Virus record (IMG/VR): IMGVR_UViG_3300025167_000006
Coordinates: 34,277-98,276 of that record
Length of the DNA: 64,000 nucleotides
Direction: 5' to 3' (one strand)
DNA from: a virus
Taxonomy: Duplodnaviria > Caudoviricetes
Both the position numbers and the translations under genes were made by a program. Positions 46,130 through 55,599 of this stretch are shown piece by piece; position 1 is the first letter of the stretch, and each line of letters starts with the position of its first letter. Under the pieces are notes generated by a model. It was not told the origin of the DNA. It did no database searches and saw only the letters and a list, made by a program, of their open reading frames with translations.

Positions 46130-47070
46130 GTGGTGATGGGCTTTACATCAAAGGCCCTGCGCGCTGCCCCCTGCGCATTGTACGGCTGCGCATTCTGTCC
46201 TTGAGCATCGATTACAACGAGGTCTACTGGGACCTCGCCGACACGATGACGGACGTGTTGGACTTCACGTTCCAGGTGCTGCGCAGCGAGGCCCCGATGG
46301 GGCCGTGGGAGGAGTTGTCACCGGAGCTAGAAGACCGGTACATGTTCGTCGACAACCGGGTCAAGGTCGGCAACATCTACCGCAAGTGGTTCTACTTGCT
46401 CCGGGTGAAGCACAAGGAGACGGGGAACACCTTCGACTTTGGCCCGGAACAGAAGGAGCCCGTACCAGACTTGGTGGCAGAGGAGCTGCGGAGGCATCTG
46501 GGATTGCTGTTCAGCGAGTTCAACGGCCGACGATGCTGGGTTTTGCCGGCGCGCACCATGGGCCAGCGGTGCTCGGAGTGCTGGAACCCCAAGCTGCAGA
46601 AGCGCACGATATCCGGTTGCCGTACTTGCTACGACACTGGGTTCATCCGTGGGTACCACCACCCCATCGAGGCATGGGTGCAGTTCGACCCCACGGCGAA
46701 GAACGAGCAGGCTTCTACACAGGGGCGGCTACAGCAGACGAGTACGACGGCCAGGATGGGGGCATTCCCACCCGTGAAGCCGGATGATCTCGTGATCGAG
46801 GGTGAGAACAAGCGGTGGGTAGTTCGTACCGTGGATGAGACCGAACAAGGGCGAGCTCCGATTCTTCAGAATCTGGGGCTACACTTGTTACCAACGACGG
46901 ATATCGAGTACCTGATACCTCTGATCTTCGACGACGACCTGAAGAACATCTCGTTCAACCCGAAGCGCAACTACATCAACCCGCAGAACCTGACCAACGA
47001 CACCGTTCGAGAGGCCGACTTCCCCTTCATCTTTCAGCTGTACCCTGGGGGCTACCCGAGAAACCCATGA
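46126..47070 (+). CDS. Probable neck/head-closure protein with Zn finger
   Basis: RCSECW...GCRTCYDTGFIRGY; PPVKPDDLVIE...RWVV. Confidence 0.55.
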   Translation: MSGDGLYIKGPARCPLRIVRLRILSLSIDYNEVYWDLADTMTDVLDFTFQVLRSEAPMGPWEELSPELEDRYMFVDNRVKVGNIYRKWFYLLRVKHKETGNTFDFGPEQKEPVPDLVAEELRRHLGLLFSEFNGRRCWVLPARTMGQRCSECWNPKLQKRTISGCRTCYDTGFIRGYHHPIEAWVQFDPTAKNEQASTQGRLQQTSTTARMGAFPPVKPDDLVIEGENKRWVVRTVDETEQGRAPILQNLGLHLLPTTDIEYLIPLIFDDDLKNISFNPKRNYINPQNLTNDTVREADFPFIFQLYPGGYPRNP

Positions 47071-47402
47071 CGCCTTCATTTCGAAGCTTTGCCGATGAGA
47101 TGTTGAAGATCGCGGAGGGAGAAGTTCCTCCGCGCGCTGAGCATCCCATCATGCCCTACGTGAAGGGCGTGGCTGGCATGGCGATTGGGTCTGGGCTTGG
47201 GTACGCCGGGATGGAAGCCTTGAACCGCTACGCGTTGAAGGGCAGAGCCAGCAGTCCCGCCTGGTTGAACTACGGGGTGCCCATCGCTGGAGGGATTGCT
47301 GGGCTGGCGGCCTCTGGGCTGCAGGAGCACATGCTGGGTAAGGCTCGGGAGAACTGGGCTGCGCGAGAGCAGGAGGCGGCCAATGTCGGCGAAGGTACCT
47401 GA
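47067..47402 (+). CDS. Small two-hydrophobic-segment protein with SFADEMLKIA leader
   Basis: 111 aa; ATGA overlap with the upstream gene. Confidence 0.7.
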   Translation: MTPSFRSFADEMLKIAEGEVPPRAEHPIMPYVKGVAGMAIGSGLGYAGMEALNRYALKGRASSPAWLNYGVPIAGGIAGLAASGLQEHMLGKARENWAAREQEAANVGEGT

Positions 47403-48306
47403 AGCCCATCTTGGGCAGTTCCCAGGTAGCTTCAAGTACAACCCGATGGTCGCTCTTCGAGAGACCTTCGTGGGGTTTCTTCAAGGGTTGTTCAGTGCAG
47501 CTCCTCCGGGTGTTGGGTGCTGGCACTGGGATGAGGACGACAGCGTCGCGGAGATAGTTGTTCGGGACGAAGCAACGGTGAAGGAAGAGGTGATCGCCAA
47601 GCGCCCGTTGGTGACGCTGACACGAGGTCCCATTCAGTTCGCCACGCTGGGCCTTGACGACATGATGCAGTACGAGGCGGACACTGGGAGAAAGACCAAG
47701 GGGGTTCTCGTCGCGGGTACGATGACGATGAACTGCTGCAGTCGGGAGTCCATCGAGAGTGAGAGCGTGGCTTGGGTGGTGATGGAGTACACCTGGCTAC
47801 TTAGAGACCTCCTGATTTCCAACAGCCTGTTGTTCGACACTGGGATGCGCCCGCAGATGAGCGCGCCCTCTCCAGCGGGCAGCATTGTTGCGGACGACAA
47901 GGGACGAGAGTGGATCTGCACATCAGTGTCCTTTCCGTTCCAGTTCATCCGCACCTCAGCCTTTACTCCGCTGGGCATGCGCATCGTGCAGAGCATCGAG
48001 GCGCGCGTATCCTCTAGGCTTTCATCCGTGCACAGTTCTGGCCCCCCAGACTTGTCGCACGAGCATGAGGGGTCTGTTCCATTGTTGGTCCAGACGTGCC
48101 CACCTGCCGCGTTTACAACGGCTAGTGACGCGTATGGAAGAACACCAGACCCAGGAGGTAGGAGATCTTACTTCCTGCCCAAGCAACCACATCCCCTAAA
48201 CCCTGCTGTTGAAGTGACGGTGAGATCTGCCCGTCCCTTCCGGCCTGGGTTCCGGGGAGTGCCGGGAGTTCCCATAACGGACCCCTGCGTGAAAGAATCT
48301 GCTTAG
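47383..48306 (+). CDS. Probable tail completion/terminator protein
   Basis: AGGAGG RBS and ATG 47383; immediately upstream of the sheath (positional inference). Confidence 0.5.
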   Translation: MSAKVPEAHLGQFPGSFKYNPMVALRETFVGFLQGLFSAAPPGVGCWHWDEDDSVAEIVVRDEATVKEEVIAKRPLVTLTRGPIQFATLGLDDMMQYEADTGRKTKGVLVAGTMTMNCCSRESIESESVAWVVMEYTWLLRDLLISNSLLFDTGMRPQMSAPSPAGSIVADDKGREWICTSVSFPFQFIRTSAFTPLGMRIVQSIEARVSSRLSSVHSSGPPDLSHEHEGSVPLLVQTCPPAAFTTASDAYGRTPDPGGRRSYFLPKQPHPLNPAVEVTVRSARPFRPGFRGVPGVPITDPCVKESA

Positions 48307-48334
48307 TAACCGCGGTTTCAACAGGAGCGCGTCA

Positions 48335-51300
48335 ATGGCTACTGCTCTAAACACCCTCCCGCGCCCAGGCGTTCAGGTCATCCAGGCGTTCCGTGCTGTC
48401 ACTGCAACGGTCATCACGCCTACGCTGGTTCCCTGCGTCATCGGCGTGTGCAAGCAGATCGTGGAACTTCTGGAGAGCGACGGCGCCGGCGGGCAGCTCT
48501 TGAACACGGATGCGCTCATCTCCCTCCCGGCGTTCTTCCTCGCCAAGGCGGGCACCGGCGCGGTGGTGAAGAAGTACATGGGGTTGAACGGGCTCGACCT
48601 TGTGGTGAGCGTCAACAACTCCCCCGACATCACGATCACGTTCAGCGACCCCGCCGGTGGCGGGCTTCTTCCATCCTCGGTGGTCGGGCAGATCAACGCC
48701 GCGTTTGCGTTGGTGGCGATGACGGCTGCTCGGGCGGAGGTGGTGGGGTCCGACAAGTTCTGGCTGAAGACGGTCGGCACCGGCATCTTTCAGACCATCC
48801 AGGTTCAACCTGGTACGGACGCTGTGGTGGCGAGTACCTTCGCTGTCGGCGTCGGCAGGTTGTACTACGGGCTGGATGCGTACAACCAGTACGACACGGT
48901 CATCCCCCCGGTGGCTTTCCCAGACCCCCGCGGAAACCTGAGCGAGCTGGCGTTCGAGCAGGACAGCTTGCGGGTGTGGATGTCGATGGGTACGGGCACG
49001 AGCGTGCGTGAGGCAAGCCGTACTTCGGCGTTGCTTCGGTACGGAACGGTGACCGGTGGCCAGGCCGTTCTTCTGAGCGACGCGAGCATCATCGACGGTA
49101 CGGTGGTCTTCCCAACCGATGTTCAGGGGGAGACGCTGTTCGTCCGAATCGATGGTGGTGAAGAGCAGTCGGTGCTGGTTTCTTCGAACGTGTTGACGGC
49201 TGCCCAGCTGGCGGCGGAGCTCGACGCCGGCATCGTGGGGGCCACGGTCGACATCGTCACGGTGGCTGGTGGTGATCTCGGCAAGCTTCGGATCACCAGC
49301 TCTACCCCGGGTGGGTCGTCTCGGGTGGAGATCACTGGCGGCACGCTGATGGGCACGGTGGCTGTTCCCATCATCCCGTTTAGCGCTGGTGCCGCTGCCA
49401 TGGTCGGCACGGTGGACCTGACCACGCTGGGCTACGCCCCTGGTGCTGACCTGTTGGGGTTGACGCTCATCTTGTCCATCGACAGCGGCGCCTCACAGAC
49501 CGTGACGTTCACGGACGTGATCAGTGCAGCGGCAGCGGCTGGGGAAATCACGTCTGGTATCACCGGCGTGACGGCCAGTCTCCAGGCGGTGACGAACCTT
49601 CTGGTACTGACGTCGAACGCACTTGGCGAGAACGCCAGCATCTCCGTGATCGGGGGTACTGCTCTTGCCCTGCTCGGGCTGACGGTGGGTGATCTCGAAG
49701 TAGGCACCAGCCCGTTCGACGATGGCGTGGCCATCGAAGCCATCGACGATGGGAATGGCGATGCGGTTACCCCGCTCCTCTCTTTCCCCGGCAACAACTT
49801 CACGGCCGCCGCCACTCGCCCCAGCCTGGTCGGTTCTTCGGTGATGACGAGCGTCACGGACGGCGCCACGCTCATCCTGACGGACGGTGGGCAGGTGCAG
49901 ACTGTGGTGTTTGACGGGGCGACCACGCCAGCGTTGACGGTAGATCAGATCAACGCCGTCATGGGTGCAGCCGCGGGTGGCAAGCTTACGGCCACGCAGA
50001 ACGCTGGCGTCGTCACCCTGCAGCACACCGAGTATGGAGAGGACGGGTACTTCGCTATCCTCGGCGGCACTGCTCTCGCGGAGATCGACCCGGGCACGGC
50101 AGCGGTGTCCATCATCGGCTCGGTCGACCTCGACGGCATCACGCTCCCTGCCGATGTGCAGGGCTTGACCCTGCAGGTGTCGGTGGATGGCGGCGCTGTT
50201 CAGACATGTACCTTCACGGCGGCCTCAGTCAGCGTCGCGACGTTCTTGGGGGAGATCAACGCGGCCATCCTCGGCACTACTGCCAGCCAGTCCGGCTTGC
50301 TGGGTCTCATCTTCACCACGACGGCCACTGGTCAGGGCGCCAGCGTTCGCATTGTTGGCGGCACCGCCATGAACGTGCTCGGACTGTTCGAGCATACCCG
50401 AACGGGTGCCAGTACCATCTACGCTGGCGCCGTCGGTACTGGCGTGTCGCATCCCCCTCTCCCTGGGGATATTCTCTACATCGACGGCGTGCAGTACGGC
50501 ACGGTGCTGAAGGTGAACCCCACGGGGGTCAACTCGGTGCTGAAGATCGACAAGTCGGTGGTCATTGGGGATGTGGGCGCCCGCTTCTGGATTCAGGCGA
50601 TGAACCTGACGGATGCGGTGTCGAACCTCACCCGCCCCTTCCCGGAGATGATTCTCGACCTGAACAACAACGTTACGGTCAAGGACGGCATCGTCCGCGA
50701 CGCGGTGAGCGGCGCCCGCATCACGGTGAACTCCTCGATGTACATCAGCTACACCGCCCTGCGTCGTGACGTGACGGCACTGGCGGCGCAGCAGGGGCTT
50801 CTTCGGTTCGATGACACGGTGGCGCTCGACAATGCGCTCTCCCCGGTCAGCGCATCCAACCCGCTGGCGCTGGGGTTGTTCTACGCTCTCATCAATGCTC
50901 CGTCCGCACAGGTGACGGGGCTTGGCGTGGACGCCATCAGTGCCGACATGCCGGATGGCACGTTGGAGGCGTACGTTCGGGCGGCGGAGTTCATCGAGGC
51001 TTACGAGGTGTACGCCATCGCGCCGCTCACCCACGACGAGACGGTGGCGCAGGTGTTCAACACCCACGTCAACTTCATGTCCGAGCCGACGCAGCGCGGT
51101 GAGCGCATCGTCATGTGGAACCCGTCGGTTCCCACCCGGGACATCGACACCCTGGTAGCGAGCGGTTCGGTTGGTGAAGCCACCAACACGTTCACATTCA
51201 ACACCGGGGTCGGGAACCTGGCGGCGCTGTTGCAGAACGCGGGAATCGACCCGATGCAGCCGGTGATTGCCGTCAGCTCTGGGTTGTTCCTCGACGTGTC

Positions 51301-52138
51301 GGCGGACGACAAGCGTTACTCCATCAAGTCGGTGAGTGGTCAGCAGATCACGGTCCGCATCACCCCAGCGGAGTTCCTAAGCGGCGAGAACGACGACGAC
51401 TTCTACGCCGAGGATGTACTTCCTCTGCCGCTGGTGGGCGAGTTGTTCTCGATCCGCATCCGCGGCCGTGAGCTGGTGACGGTGGATGGCACGCGCGACA
51501 AGCAGGCCATCGCCGAGACCATGAACAAGATGGGACAGGGGTACTCGAACCGCCGGTTCTGGATGACCTTCCCCGACAAGTGCCGAGCCAGCATCGAAGG
51601 TCTCGAGCAGCTGATCGACGGCTACTACATGAACGCGGCGGTGGTTGGCTGCATCGGGCAGCAGCCTCCGCAGCAGTCGTTCACGAACTTCCCGGTCGCG
51701 GGGTTCACTGGGGTGGTCGGCTCGAACGACTCGTTCAGCGAAGCTCAGCTGGACATCATGGCAGGTGGCGGGACTTGGATCTTCATCCAGGAAGGCACCG
51801 GGACCCCCATCTTCGCCCGCATGGCGGTGACCACGGACCAGACCAGCATCGAGACCCGCACGGACTCGGTGACGAAGGTGGTGGACTTCACGGCGAAGTT
51901 CCTCCGCAAGGGGATTCGAAACTTCATCGGCCGGTTCAACATCACCCAGGGGTTCTTGGACTCGCTCGGCACCACGGTGCAGGGCATGTTCGGATTCCTC
52001 GTGGAGCACGGCGTGCTCATCGGTGGCAACCTCGACAACATCATCCAGGACGAGAACAACCGGGACACGGTGCTCATCGACACCACGCTGGATGTCCCGA
52101 TTCCATGCAACTACGTCAAGTTGACTTTACTTGTATGA
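48335..52138 (+). CDS. Contractile tail sheath protein with repeated inserted domains
   Basis: N-terminal RPGVQV; C-terminal FTNFPV, AVTTD...SVTKVVDF, LDVPIPCNYVKLTL. Confidence 0.85.
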   Translation: MATALNTLPRPGVQVIQAFRAVTATVITPTLVPCVIGVCKQIVELLESDGAGGQLLNTDALISLPAFFLAKAGTGAVVKKYMGLNGLDLVVSVNNSPDITITFSDPAGGGLLPSSVVGQINAAFALVAMTAARAEVVGSDKFWLKTVGTGIFQTIQVQPGTDAVVASTFAVGVGRLYYGLDAYNQYDTVIPPVAFPDPRGNLSELAFEQDSLRVWMSMGTGTSVREASRTSALLRYGTVTGGQAVLLSDASIIDGTVVFPTDVQGETLFVRIDGGEEQSVLVSSNVLTAAQLAAELDAGIVGATVDIVTVAGGDLGKLRITSSTPGGSSRVEITGGTLMGTVAVPIIPFSAGAAAMVGTVDLTTLGYAPGADLLGLTLILSIDSGASQTVTFTDVISAAAAAGEITSGITGVTASLQAVTNLLVLTSNALGENASISVIGGTALALLGLTVGDLEVGTSPFDDGVAIEAIDDGNGDAVTPLLSFPGNNFTAAATRPSLVGSSVMTSVTDGATLILTDGGQVQTVVFDGATTPALTVDQINAVMGAAAGGKLTATQNAGVVTLQHTEYGEDGYFAILGGTALAEIDPGTAAVSIIGSVDLDGITLPADVQGLTLQVSVDGGAVQTCTFTAASVSVATFLGEINAAILGTTASQSGLLGLIFTTTATGQGASVRIVGGTAMNVLGLFEHTRTGASTIYAGAVGTGVSHPPLPGDILYIDGVQYGTVLKVNPTGVNSVLKIDKSVVIGDVGARFWIQAMNLTDAVSNLTRPFPEMILDLNNNVTVKDGIVRDAVSGARITVNSSMYISYTALRRDVTALAAQQGLLRFDDTVALDNALSPVSASNPLALGLFYALINAPSAQVTGLGVDAISADMPDGTLEAYVRAAEFIEAYEVYAIAPLTHDETVAQVFNTHVNFMSEPTQRGERIVMWNPSVPTRDIDTLVASGSVGEATNTFTFNTGVGNLAALLQNAGIDPMQPVIAVSSGLFLDVSADDKRYSIKSVSGQQITVRITPAEFLSGENDDDFYAEDVLPLPLVGELFSIRIRGRELVTVDGTRDKQAIAETMNKMGQGYSNRRFWMTFPDKCRASIEGLEQLIDGYYMNAAVVGCIGQQPPQQSFTNFPVAGFTGVVGSNDSFSEAQLDIMAGGGTWIFIQEGTGTPIFARMAVTTDQTSIETRTDSVTKVVDFTAKFLRKGIRNFIGRFNITQGFLDSLGTTVQGMFGFLVEHGVLIGGNLDNIIQDENNRDTVLIDTTLDVPIPCNYVKLTLLV

Positions 52139-52169
52139 GTGTGATGCGCAGTGAGTTGACTCGCTATCG

Positions 52170-52430
52170 ATGCCAGGAGCCGCCATGATCACTAGCGCAA
52201 TGATGTTCGCGATGCGTGACGAGATGATGAAGGCCGCCGGCCTTCCACCCGAGGTGTTGGCCCGCCTTCATGGCGTGGCCGACACGCTCGTGCGGTCGGA
52301 GAGGGCGGGCAAGCCGGCGGCTTCAGCGGCAAAGAAGCTGATCCAGCCCAAGAGTTTGGGTGGCATGGCACACCCGGCGATTGGCGGTGGAAAGATGTCG
52401 CCTGACGCAGTGGACTGGGGCGGTTTCTAA
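52170..52430 (+). CDS. Small protein with AMRDEMMKAA leader
   Basis: 86 aa (or from the second Met after AGGAG). Confidence 0.6.
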   Translation: MPGAAMITSAMMFAMRDEMMKAAGLPPEVLARLHGVADTLVRSERAGKPAASAAKKLIQPKSLGGMAHPAIGGGKMSPDAVDWGGF

Positions 52431-52520
52431 TGATTTCACAATACTCGCCAGGCCCAGCTGCCTCTGGGACTGAGGATGCCCGGGCATCTGGTAGACTACA
52501 AGGTAGAAGGATACCGGTAA

Positions 52521-53144
52521 GTGCGTAACGAGGATGGAACGACGCGAGACATTACGGGGGAGACCTTTGGTCTTCTTACGGCGGTCTCACGCGCGCCGAA
52601 CGATAAGTTCGGCACCATCTATTGGAACTGCACGTGCCAATGCGGGGAGACGAAGCTAGTACGCGCTAATCAGCTGCGGCACGGTAAGTTCTTCACGTGT
52701 GGTAAACCCCTGTGTCGCTTTTGGGAGAAGGTATACATCCCAGGGTCCAGCGATGGTTGTTGGGAATGGACTGGAGCTCTGCACGATGAGGGATACGGTA
52801 TTCTCAAGGTGCTGGGCAAGACCGTCAGAGCGCACGTGTTCTCCTACGAGTTGATCAACGGCTTGGTGCCGGACAACTTGTTCGTACTTCACACCTGTGA
52901 CAACCGCAAGTGTGTAAGAGTGGACCACTTATTTCTGGGCACGCATGCGGACAACATGGCCGACATGGCCGGTAAGGGTAGAGCTGCTACTACCGGTAAA
53001 GTGTTTCTGCTGCCCTCAGAGAAGCAGAGGATGAAGGAACTGTATCAGCTAGGCGGGTTGTCTCACCCCGACCTCGCCGCGCAGTTTCACGTTAGCCTCA
53101 TTACAGTGAGACGGACGCTCCGAAGGGCGTCTAGCCGGAGGTAA
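52521..53144 (+). CDS. Free-standing HNH homing endonuclease
   Basis: WNCTCQCG N-terminal domain; CWEWTG, RAHVFSY, VLHTCDNRKCVRVDHLFLGTHADN; C-terminal HTH. Confidence 0.88.
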   Translation: MRNEDGTTRDITGETFGLLTAVSRAPNDKFGTIYWNCTCQCGETKLVRANQLRHGKFFTCGKPLCRFWEKVYIPGSSDGCWEWTGALHDEGYGILKVLGKTVRAHVFSYELINGLVPDNLFVLHTCDNRKCVRVDHLFLGTHADNMADMAGKGRAATTGKVFLLPSEKQRMKELYQLGGLSHPDLAAQFHVSLITVRRTLRRASSRR

Positions 53145-53149
53145 GGAAC

Positions 53150-53962
53150 ATTAGCGGCAACTTCAGTGACTGGGCACCGTACACCAACTACGTTCAGTCG
53201 GGGATGGTGGACGGGCAGTACGTCAACGCCGGCTTCTTGATGATTGCCGCGGGTCCTCCGCGCATCGCGAACATCGGCGGTGCCACCTTCTTCGGGCAGG
53301 CGCTGAGCGGCACGGGTGAGAACGCGAATCAGATCGTGCTCCCCATCGGGGTGCTGCAGAACTTCAACGTGACGCACACCCGGCAGTTCAGCCGCATCTT
53401 CGAGCTGGGCTCGGAGCGCAGCTACTTCATCTCGGGTCGTACTGTGGGGCAGCTCAGCCTGGGGCGGGTCTACTACCACGGTGCGAGCTTGCTGCGCATC
53501 CTGTACGCCTACTACAACGACACGATCAGCCCCACCATCGTCGCTCCGATGTGGCCGAACCTCGGCTCGTCACCGCAGAACATGGTGAACCAGCACGACG
53601 TGATCATCCCGCCGGGGTACGAGAACATCTTCTACAACCTGGCGTCCGACCTCTTCGCGCAGCCCATAGGGCTCTTGATGTACATCCGGGACATCAACCT
53701 CGATGCTCTCGGCGCCGGGTACTTCGAAGCGTGCTACCTGCCGAACCACGCCATGGCGACGGACGCACAGGGCGTGCTCCTGCAGGAGAACGTCAGCGTG
53801 CAGTTCGAGCGGATGGTGCCGGTGTCCATCAGCCAGCTGACCCTGATCAGTTCCAACTCCGCCAATGCCGGTGGGGCCAACCAGAGCAGCGCGTTCTTGG
53901 GCATCCCAGAAGCTCCAGCTCACTCCACTCGCGCGGTTCGTGGCGCCAACCTACCGGGGTAA
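53150..53962 (+). CDS. Probable tail tube protein (likely ATT start)
   Basis: Follows the sheath; IGVLQNFNV...RIFELGS..YFISG, ENVSVQFER; GGAGGT SD 7 nt before ATT 53150. Confidence 0.7.
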   Translation: MSGNFSDWAPYTNYVQSGMVDGQYVNAGFLMIAAGPPRIANIGGATFFGQALSGTGENANQIVLPIGVLQNFNVTHTRQFSRIFELGSERSYFISGRTVGQLSLGRVYYHGASLLRILYAYYNDTISPTIVAPMWPNLGSSPQNMVNQHDVIIPPGYENIFYNLASDLFAQPIGLLMYIRDINLDALGAGYFEACYLPNHAMATDAQGVLLQENVSVQFERMVPVSISQLTLISSNSANAGGANQSSAFLGIPEAPAHSTRAVRGANLPG

Positions 53963-53965
53963 TGA

Positions 53966-54355
53966 ATGGCCCTTCTATTCACCGTTCAGTTCTCCGGCAC
54001 CTTCCAGACGCCGCCCTACACGGGGCAGCCTGAGTGCCCCATCCCCGTCAACTTCACATCGCAGTACACGCGGAAGACCATACAGCGATTCGAGAAGACG
54101 GGGGTGGGCACGGATGCCGTGGACCTCTCCAACCTGCCTGCTGAAGGCGCCAAGCTGGTGGTGGTGCAGGTCGACCCGGACAGCAGCCTTTCTGCGCTGC
54201 CGATTCAGGTCCAAACCAACGGTGGAACGGACGACATCGAGATATCCCAGGGTGGGTTCCTCGCCTTGGGAAGCCCACGTCCTGCGGTTGGCATCACGGC
54301 GCTCACGTTCTCGCACGCGTCCAACGTATCCCTTTGGGTTTGGGCCTACGGATGA
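53966..54355 (+). CDS. Hypothetical beta-rich virion protein
   Basis: 129 aa, tiled after the tube gene. Confidence 0.65.
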   Translation: MALLFTVQFSGTFQTPPYTGQPECPIPVNFTSQYTRKTIQRFEKTGVGTDAVDLSNLPAEGAKLVVVQVDPDSSLSALPIQVQTNGGTDDIEISQGGFLALGSPRPAVGITALTFSHASNVSLWVWAYG

Positions 54356-54798
54356 CGCTGGCAGCGGTCTCGGACGTGAAGTCGGTCACCGAGACTGCTG
54401 TTTACGTGATCGTGCGGGATAGCGCCTTCGGGGCGCTACTTGTCGTGGCCATAGCCGCGCTCTATCTACTGGTCCAGCAGCTGCTGAAGGTCCAGGACAA
54501 GCGCGTTACGGACCTGCAGAAACTGAACGAGCGGGTAGAAGCCCGTGAGGACAGTACGCGGCGCTTGGTTGAGAAGATGACCGAGACGTTCCAGCAGGTG
54601 AAGTCTTCGCTTGATGCGTTGAAGGATACGGGCGAAGACCAAGTGGAGGCGCTGTCCAGGAACACGCAGGCGGTGAGCAAAGTGGAGAGCACTTTGGACT
54701 CAGTGATTCGTGAGCATGCACGAACCGCTGCGCACGCCGCGGGGTACAGAAGGACCTCTTCTACAACGACGTCTGCGCCACCAAAGGGAGGTGCTTGA
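54352..54798 (+). CDS. Membrane protein with coiled coil (holin-like candidate)
   Basis: ATGA overlap; TM segment FGALLVVAIAALYLLV. Confidence 0.55.
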   Translation: MTLAAVSDVKSVTETAVYVIVRDSAFGALLVVAIAALYLLVQQLLKVQDKRVTDLQKLNERVEAREDSTRRLVEKMTETFQQVKSSLDALKDTGEDQVEALSRNTQAVSKVESTLDSVIREHARTAAHAAGYRRTSSTTTSAPPKGGA

Positions 54799-55007
54799 TG
54801 TCTCTAGTCGCGTTGTACAGGCGGCTCATGGGTACAGACGCGGCAACGACAGCTGAAGAAGCGCGCCTGCATCGCAATCTCAGCGGGATGGAAACGAACA
54901 ACCACGACCTAGACAGGTTGGGGGCAGAGTTGGACGACATCCTTTACGAGGTGGACCGGCATAGTATACAGATGTCCCTGCCACCGGAGGGTGTGAACCA
55001 TGGTTGA
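54798..55007 (+). CDS. Small hypothetical protein
   Basis: GGAGG RBS; TGATG overlap. Confidence 0.6.
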   Translation: MSLVALYRRLMGTDAATTAEEARLHRNLSGMETNNHDLDRLGAELDDILYEVDRHSIQMSLPPEGVNHG

Positions 55008-55599
55008 TGTAGCGGGCGCAGAGAGCGAGCAGACCATTCGAAGGCGTGACCTTCGAGACCTGGGTGAAGCCTTCAGGAAGGCGTTGACCCCGTTGTCTGG
55101 GGTGCTCGACCACATGAAGGGGCTCAACGCGCGCTGGGACCGTTCGGGCGCCCAGATGCGCTCGATCTTGCGTCTGCAGTTCTTGCTGCTGGCCCTCAGC
55201 GTAGTCAGCTTGCTTGCTGTGGGATGGGCGATTCATGTGATGGACCGTACGCGCGTCCAGATGGACGCCAGCGCGCTCAAGATGCATCAGCTGGACATCG
55301 GGTTGGCCAGTACTCTGTCCGAGCTGCGGGAGCTGAAGAGCACTGCCAGCAACACGGAAGCGGCGGTCAAGCAGGTGAAGCAGGCGGAAGAAGACCGACC
55401 GAAGTTGGAGCTCGTGGCTGAGACCGACCCGGTGAAGGCGGTATCTGCGCCGATGAAGCTACGCGTGACGAACGCCGCGCCCAGCGCTGCTCCATCCTCC
55501 AGCGGGGACTCCGTGTTCAGCCGTGTGCCGCTGCTGCCCTCGCCTGCGGCAGACGCACCGGCCATGGCCGAGATTCCAATCCCCCGCAGGGTGCCATGA
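55000..55599 (+). CDS. Single-pass membrane coiled-coil protein
   Basis: TM segment FLLLALSVVSLLAVGWAI; GGAGG RBS. Confidence 0.65.
   Translation: MVDVAGAESEQTIRRRDLRDLGEAFRKALTPLSGVLDHMKGLNARWDRSGAQMRSILRLQFLLLALSVVSLLAVGWAIHVMDRTRVQMDASALKMHQLDIGLASTLSELRELKSTASNTEAAVKQVKQAEEDRPKLELVAETDPVKAVSAPMKLRVTNAAPSAAPSSSGDSVFSRVPLLPSPAADAPAMAEIPIPRRVP

Noticed and set aside
52431-53149. Group I intron around the HNH gene
   Set aside because: The flanking genes look intact and the non-coding flanks are too short; no intron core elements were recognised. Treated as a free-standing endonuclease.
54352-55599. Definite lysis cassette (holin/spanin)
   Set aside because: Membrane topology fits, but no endolysin or lipoprotein lipobox was recognised nearby; left as candidates.
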